Below are positions 1-10,700 of a stretch of 64,000 bases of DNA, piece by piece. The stretch spans positions 6,316,699-6,380,698 of the forward strand of contig CM082581.2 in NCBI GenBank assembly GCA_040954595.2, in the 5' to 3' direction. Within the stretch, counting starts at the first letter, position 1. The number at the start of each line of letters is the position of its first letter. Under the pieces are notes generated by a model. The model was not told where the DNA came from. It did no database searches and saw nothing but the letters and a program-made list of their open reading frames with translations. The DNA comes from Balanoglossus misakiensis (taxonomy: Eukaryota; Animalia; Hemichordata). Position numbers and translations under genes: made by a program.

Positions 1-946
1 ATGCTGAAGTAATACAATGCGGAAGACAAGCTGAAGAACATTTATAGTGAAAATCACCAACTTTTACAGTGGTGTATGAACTACCAAACAGATAGAATTT
101 GGTGCATATCATTGCTATTCGCCATGTTTTAGTATAGAGATAATGCTGGTTTCTCGGGGTCAGCATTGCCTGGGTAACGAAAGTTAGGTGAACGTATTGC
201 AATCGGATTAATTTAGGTCAAACAAACCTTACCCCGGGGATTGTCCAAATGGACGGCTTATTTCAAAGTCAAGAAAGTAAATGAAAATAATTCGAGCGTT
301 AAAAAACCCTGTAGGGTCTATGATTTAACATAGAGTCGACAATATTAATCCAGATCGACGCACGTTAAGATCAGAGTCCAATCTGATGTCCGTCGTTCAA
401 TTTAATGTAGCGGGCTTGGCCGCGTCGAGTTCTTTTCATATTCCGCGCAGCGAAAGGAGATTGAACGGTAACCGTTGTTGTGACCAGATTGAATGCACAC
501 GCGGCTGCAACTCACCTCTGTTCGCGTCGATCTTTCTTTCCCAACGGTTTTGTGCATGGTGGTGGCAGTTGAACCAAAAAAGGTCCCTCGGTTATGCCGT
601 TCTATGCAATTTCGCGCAATTACGAGAGTGTTATGCCTCTCCCACACAGCCAGAAGTATTCTTAGCAAACATGACCTGTGTCCGGACTTCAACCAACGCA
701 CGTCGTCTGTGACCTATATACATACATACATATAATTTATGGAGCGCCAGAATCCAAGAAAAGATATATGTTTAAAGACGTATTTGCAAGGAATATTCAT
801 TTATAAATAAAGACCGATAGCGATTCAGATTGTGATATTTTGTGATTTTTATTAGGTCTTTAAATATATATAACGTGATTGTGATAGCCATGTTTGTTCT
901 GTTGTCAGTTGTCCTTGTATACTTTTGACAAAAAAGAAAAAAAAAA

Positions 947-1312
947 GTTCCCGGACTATTCTTTGTAATCCATGCAAGAATTATCCGTTGTCTATGTATA
1001 TAGTGTTAATTTAATGAAGTGCAAAACACACAAGTAACATACAAATAAACAAACAAACAAACAAGTCAGCCTAAATGTCCAAAAATCCCTAGGGCTTGTT
1101 TCTGTTGCAGGCCTGAGTTGTCCTTATAACTTAAGACCACAATGAAAATAAGTCCCCGGATTTTTCTGTGTAATCCATGCACGAATTACGCTATGTATAT
1201 GTACATGTATATTTTGTGTTCATTTAATGAAGTGCTAAACAGACTAACAAACTAACAAACAAACAGATCAGCCTAACTGCCCAATGATATAACTGTCGCC
1301 CATTTCAGGGCC
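947..1312. repeat. Degenerate ~200-bp tandem duplication downstream (3' UTR side) of membrane gene 1
   Basis: Units starting ~947 and ~1151 share CCCGGA..TGTAATCCATGCA.GAATTA, ATTTAATGAAGTGC.AAACA, (AAAC)n and TCAGCCTAA in the same order. Confidence 0.7.
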
Positions 1313-1332
1313 TGTTAAAATCTTCCGAAAAC

Positions 1333-3367
1333 TCATTCAGTGGCCTGTTTTGTCCCGGAGAGGTTTTGGTGCAGAAACACGGACGCTAGACTTGTGGCAA
1401 TGATGTACAAAGTGGTGAGACCAACTGAGAGAGGAACGAGGCCAATTTGGACGTCTAACGACTGAACCAACCACGACACCACGATCAAGCCTATATAGAT
1501 GAATACAAAGCATACTATGTTTAGAGTCTTCGACGCGGACGGGTGACGCGAAGCTTCACCGCTTGGCCACGCCCATCTCCGGATTCGCAGGAAGAAGTCC
1601 GTCGCGAACCAGGCCACGATGACGAGAAGGTACTGGATGGCGGGAATGCGCACCGCTTCGTTCAGCCTGACCCAGGCGCGCCCCTTGGACTCTGGGAGCC
1701 AGCTGAACAGCCAGACGATGAAGAAAAGATAGCCGCTGAACGGCAGAATCTTCGTGAATGCGGGCAGTCTCTTCCAGATGGGCAGGCCGAACAGCTGCGT
1801 CATCGCAAACACCCACATAAAGCCACTCAAAAACATCGGCCAGAGCAGAGTGCCGCCGAGTTCTGGTCCGGCCGTCTGGATCGCCGCAGTGGTGCTGTGA
1901 ACGGTCACCCAAAATTCGAGCAGCAGACGCCAGTAGCGATTCAAGTGCAGCTTGGTGTACATGAGACTACCCTGAAGCATGAACATCCACGTGTAGATGA
2001 AACCGGTTGCGTGGGCCCAAGTGTTTTCCATCGGGTGATACCAGAACGTGTACACTGCTGCCCAGGCGAATCCGTACCCATGGTACTTGCGGATGAAATC
2101 GATAGGCCCGGTGCTGAACCTCAGTTTCTGACTGAGCATTCCCCGGCTTTTCTCCGTCGGCCACCCGAAGGCCAGCCCACGGTCGCGATATTCCATCAGT
2201 AGGACGACGACAATCACCATGATTACTGAGCCTTGGGAGCTGGCGATGCTGACATCTTGGGCGAGGGCGTCGTAGAAGATGTGCGTCTGCAACAGATGCG
2301 CGAGATAAAAAGCAGCGTTCACGTACAGAGCCTTCCAGTTGAAGGACGACATGTCGGCTGTGTATCGCCGCTCTTTGGCTCTCATCTTATTCACTTGAGC
2401 CTCGTACGTGACCATCCACACAAAGATTTGGTGGAAAGCGTAACTCAGCCAGACGACACCCCTGGTCGCCATGGTGACCCTGTGGGGCGGGAGCTTCCAG
2501 TAGTACCACTTGGCCGACGCCTCTACTTTGTGGTGATCGGTATCGTTGAATTGGTCCGCGAAGGGCTCCGGGAGAAACCGTTCCGGTGATGTCAGACTTG
2601 TGTTGTGTGTGTAGCCAGAGATTGCATCCCATCCGCGCAGCGACCCCAGAGCGAACATGGCCGCCATGAGCACAGTTATGAAGACCATTCCAAGTTTCCA
2701 TGCATGGACGTCTTCTCGGACGACGCCCTTTTGTATTTTTAAAGAAAGGGGACATAATTACTTACTGTACTGAAACACTGTGTCAAGACAAAATTGAGTG
2801 TCATTCCAAGTCTCTCGTGATTCGGAAATTACATTTTTTTTCAACTTCCATGTTGACGTACCCATAGAAAGCTTAGGGTCGGCACACAATTATTAGGCGG
2901 GGGGCTAAGGGTAGCGTTCCCTCAACATTGTTTTCTTGGCGTCAGTAAAAAAAAACTCGCAGCTTTATGTAGAAAACGAGCCGATAATCAAGAAAGCTAT
3001 GGCGATCGTTACATTAACATAACGTAAAGGATAGATGGCATAACATAATTATGAAAGCTTCTGGAGAAATAATTCGTGTGTGGTGGTGGTGCGGACGAAT
3101 AAGCTCAGTTGTTGTGAAGTTTACGACACGCTTTATGAACAGTGATGTGACCTTGTATGCCCGTATAGTAATACATTGTGGAGCAATTAGGTCAGTTATA
3201 GATAAGGCGTAGAGGAAAAGAGAGCGAGTCTACAACGATCGTTTTTCATGCCGGACAAATCAGATAGGAAGCATTATGACCTAGTGTGACCCTTTGATAT
3301 TGTGACTCACCTCGATTTGCCCCGATCCGGTTGGTCGTGTTACTGGGTCCATGGTTTCAGCAGGCAT
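1333..3367 (-). CDS. His-rich multi-pass membrane protein, paralogue 1 (2 coding exons)
   Basis: Exon A 3367-3311 (MPAETMDPVTRPTGSGQIE, donor GAG|GTGAGT, phase 0) joins in frame to exon B ~2727-1333 (acceptor AAG after a pyrimidine tract), which contains the 451-aa ORF. Many hydrophobic segments; motifs HLLQTHIFYDALAQDVS, RKYHGY, YTFWYHPME, LQGSLMYTKLHLNRYW. Highly similar to paralogue 2. Confidence 0.85.
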
Positions 3368-3765
3368 AGCAGGCGATTACGTGCATTCAAATGACACTGA
3401 ACGCTGCAAGAAAGAGACTAAAAAGGACGCTGAACTCGTATAAGCTTTCTATTTAGCTGCCGTTGCCCAGCCTCTTCCAAGGGCAATGAACGGTCACTAG
3501 GACAGTGCACACCTATGACTGTTTCAAGTATCGCGCGGCATAATCAATAACTGTCGGTTGGTTGTTTCTACTGTATTTCTATCAATCAACCCGATTAAAA
3601 TCAAATTTACACAAGTGACAGCCATCATAACGAGAACACCCAGCTGCACGTGCATACATATACTCTCGTTATGGCGGCGTGAGTCGGACCGCAAAGCACA
3701 ATGGGTAATTTCTGCAGACATTTTAAATAGCGCGCAGAATCTTAAAGCAATACGTTCACCTATGA

Positions 3766-3856
3766 TTGAGATCTAGCCAATCACAGATTTTCAGTGGGTG
3801 GCACACGCGAAAAAAGAGCGCCACCATATTTTCTTTAGAACACTCAAATACGCCAT
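3766..3856 (-). mobile_element. Dispersed repeat/transposon fragment, inverted copy of 6103-6196
   Basis: Reverse complement matches 6103-6196 (AATGGCGT..GAGTGTTCTAA..ATATGGTGGCGCTCTTTTT..GCGTGTGCC..ACTGAAAATCTGTGA.TGGCT.GATCTCAAT). Confidence 0.65.
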
Positions 3857-4503
3857 TTCATGTCTTACTGGTGTACCAGTCGAAGTGGAACAGAAAGTCA
3901 ATGACAAGTACTCGCTTTAGATAAGCCAGACGTCGCTTTACGAAACCAGTGTTGCATATAAGTGTTGAACTTTCGGGGTCATATGATAAAGCTTGTCAGT
4001 GAATTGACGTCAAGTATTTGGGTCATTTAGTGAAACCTGCATATGAATGGACTGATATTTTATTTTATTTTTCAAAATCGTTTGCCATGTCTGTGTGTAC
4101 CCGCAGAGCGTCACAGCCTTACTGAATGGTCACAAGGATATCGCCCTGAATCATGTATACATGCGTTATTGATGAGTATAAGCCTCGTTGCAGTGTTAAA
4201 ACTTGTTTTTAACTGAAAATTTGGTTCCTTTATTGTCCGTTTCTGCTAGGTTTGTTGAAGAGAAAATTAATCTCACGTTCTTACTGAATGAAAGCACATC
4301 ATTCGGTTCATTGGGAAAATATCTCATCAAATATTTTAAGAATTGGGGTTTCTTACCAGGCGATGTATTCGAATTTTTGATACGTATGTTATTGATGAAT
4401 CCTTGTCAAACCGCCAAACATTTCTGAATTTAGTTTGTTGGCTTTTTACACTCCTTTAGCCAAAACTTCCTGTTTGGCGATGAGGCTGGCCGTGACCCCT
4501 TTT

Positions 4504-6822
4504 TCACTCAGTGCTTCGCTTTATACAAGCAAAGATTTGGTGCAGAAAAACAGATGCCAAAGACGTACCAATGATGTATGCAACTGTCAGACTAAGTGTG
4601 ATTGGAACCAGGTAGAATTTGATATCCAGCCACTGAACCAGCCAGGAAATCACGATCATCCCAATATACGCTAGCAGAAAGCACAGGATGTATACAAATT
4701 TTGGAACACTAGAATAACCGGGCGCGGTTTTCTTTGACCACGCCCATCTTTGGATTCGCAGGAGGTATTCCATCACAAACCAAGCCAGGACAACGAGTAT
4801 GTACAGCATGGTGGGAATCCGCACGGCTTCGTTCATCCTGACCCAGGCGCGCCCCCTGGACTCCGGTAGCCAGCTGAACAGCCAGACGACGAAGCAAAGG
4901 TAGCCGGTGAACGGCAGAATCTTCGTGAATGCGGGCAGTCTCTTCCAGAACGGCAGGCCAAACAGCTGCGTCATGGCGAAGAGCCAGAGGAAACCGCACA
5001 GGAACATGGGCCATGACTTGGTGCCGCCCAGTTCTGGACCCGCTATCTGGAACGCCACGGCGGTGCTGTGGACGGTCACCCAGAATTCGAGCAGCAGACG
5101 CCAGTAACGATTCAAATGCAGCTTGGTGTACATGAGACTTCCCTGTAGCATCAGAATCCAGGTGTAGATGAAACCGGTTGCGTGGGCCCAAGTGTTTTCC
5201 ATCGGGTGATACCAGAACGTGTACACCGCAGCCCAGGCAAATCCGTAGCCATGGTACTTGCGGATGAAATCGACGGGACCGGTGCCGAATCTTAATTTCT
5301 GGCCGATCGACCCCTGGCTTTTCTCCGTCGGCCAACCGAAGGCCAACCCTCTGTCGCGATACTCCATGAGCATGACAAGGGCCAGAAGCATAATCACGGA
5401 GCCCTGCGAGCTGGCGACGCTCACATCTTGAGCAAGGGCATCGTAAAAGACGTGGGTCTGTAAGAGATGCACTGCATAAAACCCAAAGTTCACATACAGA
5501 GCCTTCCAGTTGAACGGCGCCATCTCGGTAGTGTACCTCTTTTCTCTTGTTTTCGTTTTCGTCATTTGGGCCTCGTATGTGACCATCCAGACGAAGATTT
5601 GGTGAAACGCGTAGCATAGCCACACGACCGCCTTGCTCGCCATGGTAACCCTGTGAGGCGGGAGCTTCCAGTAGTGCCACCTGTACGGAGCTTCCGGTCC
5701 AAACCGACCGGTGACGTTGACATCTTCCTCGAAGGGTTCCGGGAGAAACCGTCCATTTGACGTCAGACTGGTGTTGTGCGTGTGCCCGGAGTTGGCATCC
5801 CATCCACGCAGTGAGCCCAAAGCGAACATGGCTGCCATGAGCAAAACTATGAACGTCATTCCAAGCTTCCACGCCTTGACATCTTCGCGTCCAACATCCT
5901 CCTGTATTTCAAGAAAAAAAAACCCAGAGTTTAGCATAAAGTTCACAAATATTATTTACCCATTGCGTGAAACGAAAATAACATAAATAATGTCAACAGC
6001 TACATATTGCGCCTCTTTAATTAAACTGGAATGAAAATACAAGACGTTTAACATATTGAGTGAGCATTGCATTAAAGGTACACGGTCACCTCCATATGGC
6101 GACAATGGCGTTTCTGAGTGTTCTAATGAACATATGGTGGCGCTCTTTTTTAGCGTGTGCCGCCTACTGAAAATCTGTGACTGGCTGGATCTCAATTTGC
6201 CACGGGTAACGAAATTGGAATCACTCAAATCGTCCTTGAAAAGGCTTGTTTACATTCCATATTCTGAAGTAGTTTCTTTGTACATATTGTATAATGCACG
6301 TAGTGATGACAGACAGGGCAAATTCAACTTCTTGCAATAGTGGAGATGAAAGAAAATGTCTCCGTCACCAGTAGGGTAGGCCTACACTAACAGATTGAAT
6401 ACCATTAGTTAAAACGTATGGCGTCATTAAAATTAGGATTTAAGCGAATCCCTTTGTTTGCAATGACAACGTAGCTTATGCCTAGAAATATCGCTCAGAT
6501 ATATCTTCGCTACGTACCAACGAATGGCTTGAGGTAGACCAAAAGTCGAAATCGGACCACATGCACTCTGGGCAAATACTGTCGATGCTGATGTGGGAAT
6601 GAATATCACCTTTTTGAGAACAAAGGCCATGTTCAAACTGGGCTATACATGCAAGTGAATCAATAAGATTACATAACTGTTTCATGACTTCACCGTTCTC
6701 TATAAGACCACGGTCACAGCGCACTATGCGACTATGCTTATAAAACGCATGTGACGAGTTCCAAATTAATGCAGACACGTAGAAGTACATACCTCTTTCG
6801 AACTGTCTTTATCTTGATACAT
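4504..6822 (-). CDS. His-rich multi-pass membrane protein, paralogue 2 (2 coding exons)
   Basis: Exon A 6822-6793 (CCACC-ATG, MYQDKDSSKE, donor GAG|GTATGT, phase 0) joins exon B 5901-4504 (acceptor T-rich..ATACAG|GAG). Same motifs as paralogue 1. The first 15 residues of the ORF-track protein are intronic. A 5' UTR intron is likely (donor ~6963, acceptor ~6838). Confidence 0.87.
6072..6196 (+). mobile_element. Transposon end fragment (TTAA-AGG start, Kolobok-like terminus)
   Basis: Begins TTAAAGGTACACGGTCACC; the internal part has an inverted copy at 3766-3856. The family guess rests on the TTAA+AGG terminus only. Confidence 0.5.
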
Positions 6823-7242
6823 GGTGGAGTATGTAGACTAAGAAAGGACAAGGTATGGCATTCATTCATATAGTTGTGACGACGTCTCAAATCGAAACGT
6901 AGCACTTCGTCGTGCACAGAAATCACCTTGAACCCTGATCTCTGTAAAATCAAATGAACATACCTGGCATGTTCTTATCAAAGTCTCCCATCTAGTTTCC
7001 TATAATCTGGTGTCTGAGCTCTTGCGCAATTTGGTGATTACGTAATACAGCTGTTTAATACGCGATGTTTATGAACCAGCTGGTATATTCAAATTACCAA
7101 CATTAAATGGAACACACCAACACATCAGAGGTTTGACCACCTATCATCAAATATTTTCCCTTCCAAAAAGAAAATGCAGTTGGTTTGAAATTAATGTATA
7201 TTAATGTATTGTGACATCATTAATAATACTATCTGCAAGAGT

Positions 7243-7360
7243 TGAATGAATGAATGAATGAATGAATGAATGAATGAATGAATGAATGAATGAATGAATG
7301 AATGAATGAATGAATGAATGAATGAATGAATGAATGAATGAATGAATGAATGAATGAATG
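7243..7360. repeat. (GAAT)n microsatellite
   Basis: Perfect tetranucleotide run between the divergent membrane and GMC genes. Confidence 0.97.
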
Positions 7361-7790
7361 TTTCCGTCGGTAAAAGTTACTTAGGCTATCGCACCAGCTG
7401 ATCGCGGTGGTCCACATCCACCATGGGTCGTTGTTTGTGTCGGGAATTATTCCACGGACACATGATCTTTGTATGAAGCTGAACATTGCAGAACATGCAT
7501 TGGCCCAATTTGAGAATTTAAACATCGTGCCCATAGGCCGGACGACAATTACCGGTATGTGTATGTGACACACTGAGTAAGACTCAAATGTTTCTACCAA
7601 CTCCATTGCAGAGACTCTCTCTATAATACCCAGTGTCATCTAGCTAAATAGTACCGTCGTCCAGGGTCGTCCTTTGTTAAATCGTTGAACCCTGGAGCGA
7701 AAGGTCTATGGTTAAATTCAAAAGACCGTGCCACCGGAGTATCGGCTGTGTTTAGGCCATTCAACCACAGACTACTGTCTATGATTCAAC

Positions 7791-10700
7791 ATGGCAGACA
7801 TCGAAGCAGTCAACACGTACGACTATGTCATTATTGGTGCTGGCAGCGCAGGTTGCGTTCTAGCAAACCGTCTGACGGAAAATGAGAACGCCAGTGTTCT
7901 TCTACTTGAAGCTGGTCCCGAAGACACCAAGCCGGAAATCCGCGACCCTGCAAAGATGCCGTCGACTCTGATGTCTGAGATCGATTGGCAGTACAAGGTA
8001 AAAGTATAGGTCCGACTCCAGTTTCCCCCACAATACACACGTATGGGACCAGTCCCATCGTTTTACGGGGGAATGTTGTTCCAGCGAGACATGTCATGTC
8101 ATAGATACTATAGTCCATCGATGTCGATGAGTAAATGCACGAAATACGGACAATTATACACATCTTTTACTTGTGCTTGTTTCATCCTGTAGCCTGTATA
8201 AGAGTCTTGTTGGCCGGCAGTAAAACATTACTTTCATATTCAAATCATGGCCACACGTGCACACTCGATATCTATCGAATGCAGTTGGAAGGTTCTTTTG
8301 ACAGTATCGAGTCTCGGACACCTGCAATCAGAGAATAATACTTCGGACTTTATTGCCAACTAGGATTGAGTACCAGCAAAGACAAACACAATACTGGAAC
8401 TGCCTATTACATAATCCACAGGCTTTTATATAGGTCTAAAGCGCGGGAAATCTTTGTTAATCAAATTAACACCTTTTACTTTTACATGGGCAAAGGAATT
8501 TTCAAGATTGCAAACTGTCAGAGTGCACAATCTCGCTTGAGATTGGTCCATTAGAACTCAAATATGATTGGTCGATTCTAAATCCTGATTTTGCATCAAG
8601 CTCGATACATTTCAGCCAAGCTGTAGAAATCTATGTAAAGTCAGTCACGATAATATCACAAGGGAAACTGCTAAAAGGTGCATGAACGATAACTTGCACA
8701 CTCGTATATTTGGCAGGTGGTTTCCCAGAAACAGGCCTGCTTTGCATTTAGAGATCGCCAATGCATCTGGAACAGAGGAAAGGTGAGTCGGCTTTTCGAT
8801 TTGTGGTTTTTAAATTTTGGGGTATCTTTTGACAATTTGAATTCGTTCATTTTTGGCAGGTATGATCGAAACTTATTTAATTGTTTGATACAATGTTGGA
8901 TGTTTTTATTAGGTATATTGTAGTTTGCACTCGCAATGTAAATTAAAACGGAATTTACTGGCTTTTACAACTTATTCAACCACGTAATTCAGGTCATTGG
9001 TGGTTCGAGCAGCATCAACGCCATGCTGTATGTGAGAGGCTGCAAGGCAGACTACGATTCCTGGGCAAGACTGGGAGCTGAAGGATGGAGCTACGACGAA
9101 GTGTTGCCATACTTTTTGAAGTCAGAAAACAATACCAAGTAAGTTTCGTGGGAGCTGATTGGTATTCTCAATGTATACATGCTAAATCGGGTGATAGACA
9201 TGCAAAGTTGCGCTTCATAATTGAATGTGTTTTATTAAATGTTATTCGCTGTTTTCACAAATAGCAATTTGCAATCATTTATTTCTATACAATTAACCAT
9301 TTCAAACCTGTTTGATATTTTTTCTTAATCAGTAAGGAATACGCGGAGAGTGAATACCATTCTAAAGGGGGATGTCTTACCGTTTCTGATCTTTCGCCTA
9401 CTTGCAAAACCAGCGAGCTAATAATTGAAGGAGGTAAGCTTATGCCAACACATGATCATAACCGATATCATGGATTCCAACAACAAACCGAAGACATTAC
9501 TAAGTGGTGCATTTCATGTCCCGACGCCATGATCAGTATATTTTGCAGACAAAGCAAACTTAGTATATACATGTACATTGTCTTCACATATGAACTTAAC
9601 ATGATGTTTCCCAGGTATACCTAAATTGTGTTGCGTTTGTTCTTTACATGTAGCCAAGGAACTGGGTTTCGAGAAAATTGACGCCAACAACGGTGTTGAT
9701 ATGGTAAGGAAAAAAATTACGTTGATTATTAGAGGTATACTGGACATACAGTTGTTCATCAATAGTTATGGATAAATGACAACACAATTCTTGTTATTAT
9801 TTTGCAGGTTGGTTTTGGCTACATCCAAGCGACCATCAAAGATGGCAAGCGATGCAGTGCCGCCGATGCTTTCCTGAACCCTGTAAAGCAAAGAAGGAAT
9901 CTAACAATCTGGACGGAGACTCTGGCAACAAAGGTAAATTAAAGTTACTTGCAACCGCCATGTCAGCCATCGGAGCGATAAGGGGTAGCGATATACACAT
10001 ACATGTATATGTGACCATGCGCACAAGTTTACTGTGTGACCTGAATTTTGGGGGCTGAAGCAAATATCCAGCTGGTATTGTGTATCGAAATTTGTTGAGG
10101 GGTAACAGCAGATACCAATTGATTAATAGGAAGATTCTGATATTCTTAACATGTATCCATGACGTATTTTTCAGGTCTTGTTCAGCGACAAGAAAGCTAC
10201 ATCTGTCGAGATCCTTAAGAATGGCAAGAAAGGCGCGGTCAACGTTCGCAAAGAATTGATTTTGTCAGCTGGAGCCCTAGCTTCTCCCCAGGTATAATTG
10301 GAAACACCCCATACATGACATTTGAACTCTGTTCTGTGTGATATTGTTCGGGTAGTCAATGCCAGACAGCCTGCGGGTACTTGACAAAAGGAATAGTTCA
10401 CCATGACCCAAATTATGTATCTTGTGATTTTCAAAATATATGCATATTATATACATATATCCTTCCTTTCTCGCAAAATTCTTCTTTCAGTTGTTGATGC
10501 TGTCGGGTGTGGGGCCTCGTGATCACCTCCAGTCTTTAGGAATACCGGTGGTGTGCGATCTCCCAGTTGGTGAGAATTTACAGGTAATGTACTGGTGTTG
10601 TTCCGTTGTGCAGTCGGCCGCAAAAGTGGTCGCCTAGACTCTAGCTGCCAGTTCTAGGGCCCTGGGTAATTCACTAAAGGGAATGGGTCAGAGGTCAACA

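Noticed and set aside
200-735. Short ORFs and a minus-strand GTAAG donor near 232 as a further gene
   Set aside because: No recognisable protein motif or partner exon inside the window.
4709-5872. 387-aa alternative-frame ORF, plus overlapping ORFs at 1543-2755
   Set aside because: Shadow frames of GC-rich coding exons; the equivalent frame in paralogue 1 is broken by stops.
1333-5901. Bacterial contamination, or alternative last exons of a single gene
   Set aside because: Each large exon has a spliceosomal acceptor and its own in-phase upstream exon with ATG and GT donor, embedded in repeat-containing animal DNA.
7243-7360. Regular repeats as a possible CRISPR array
   Set aside because: Simple microsatellite without spacers; eukaryotic context and no cas genes.
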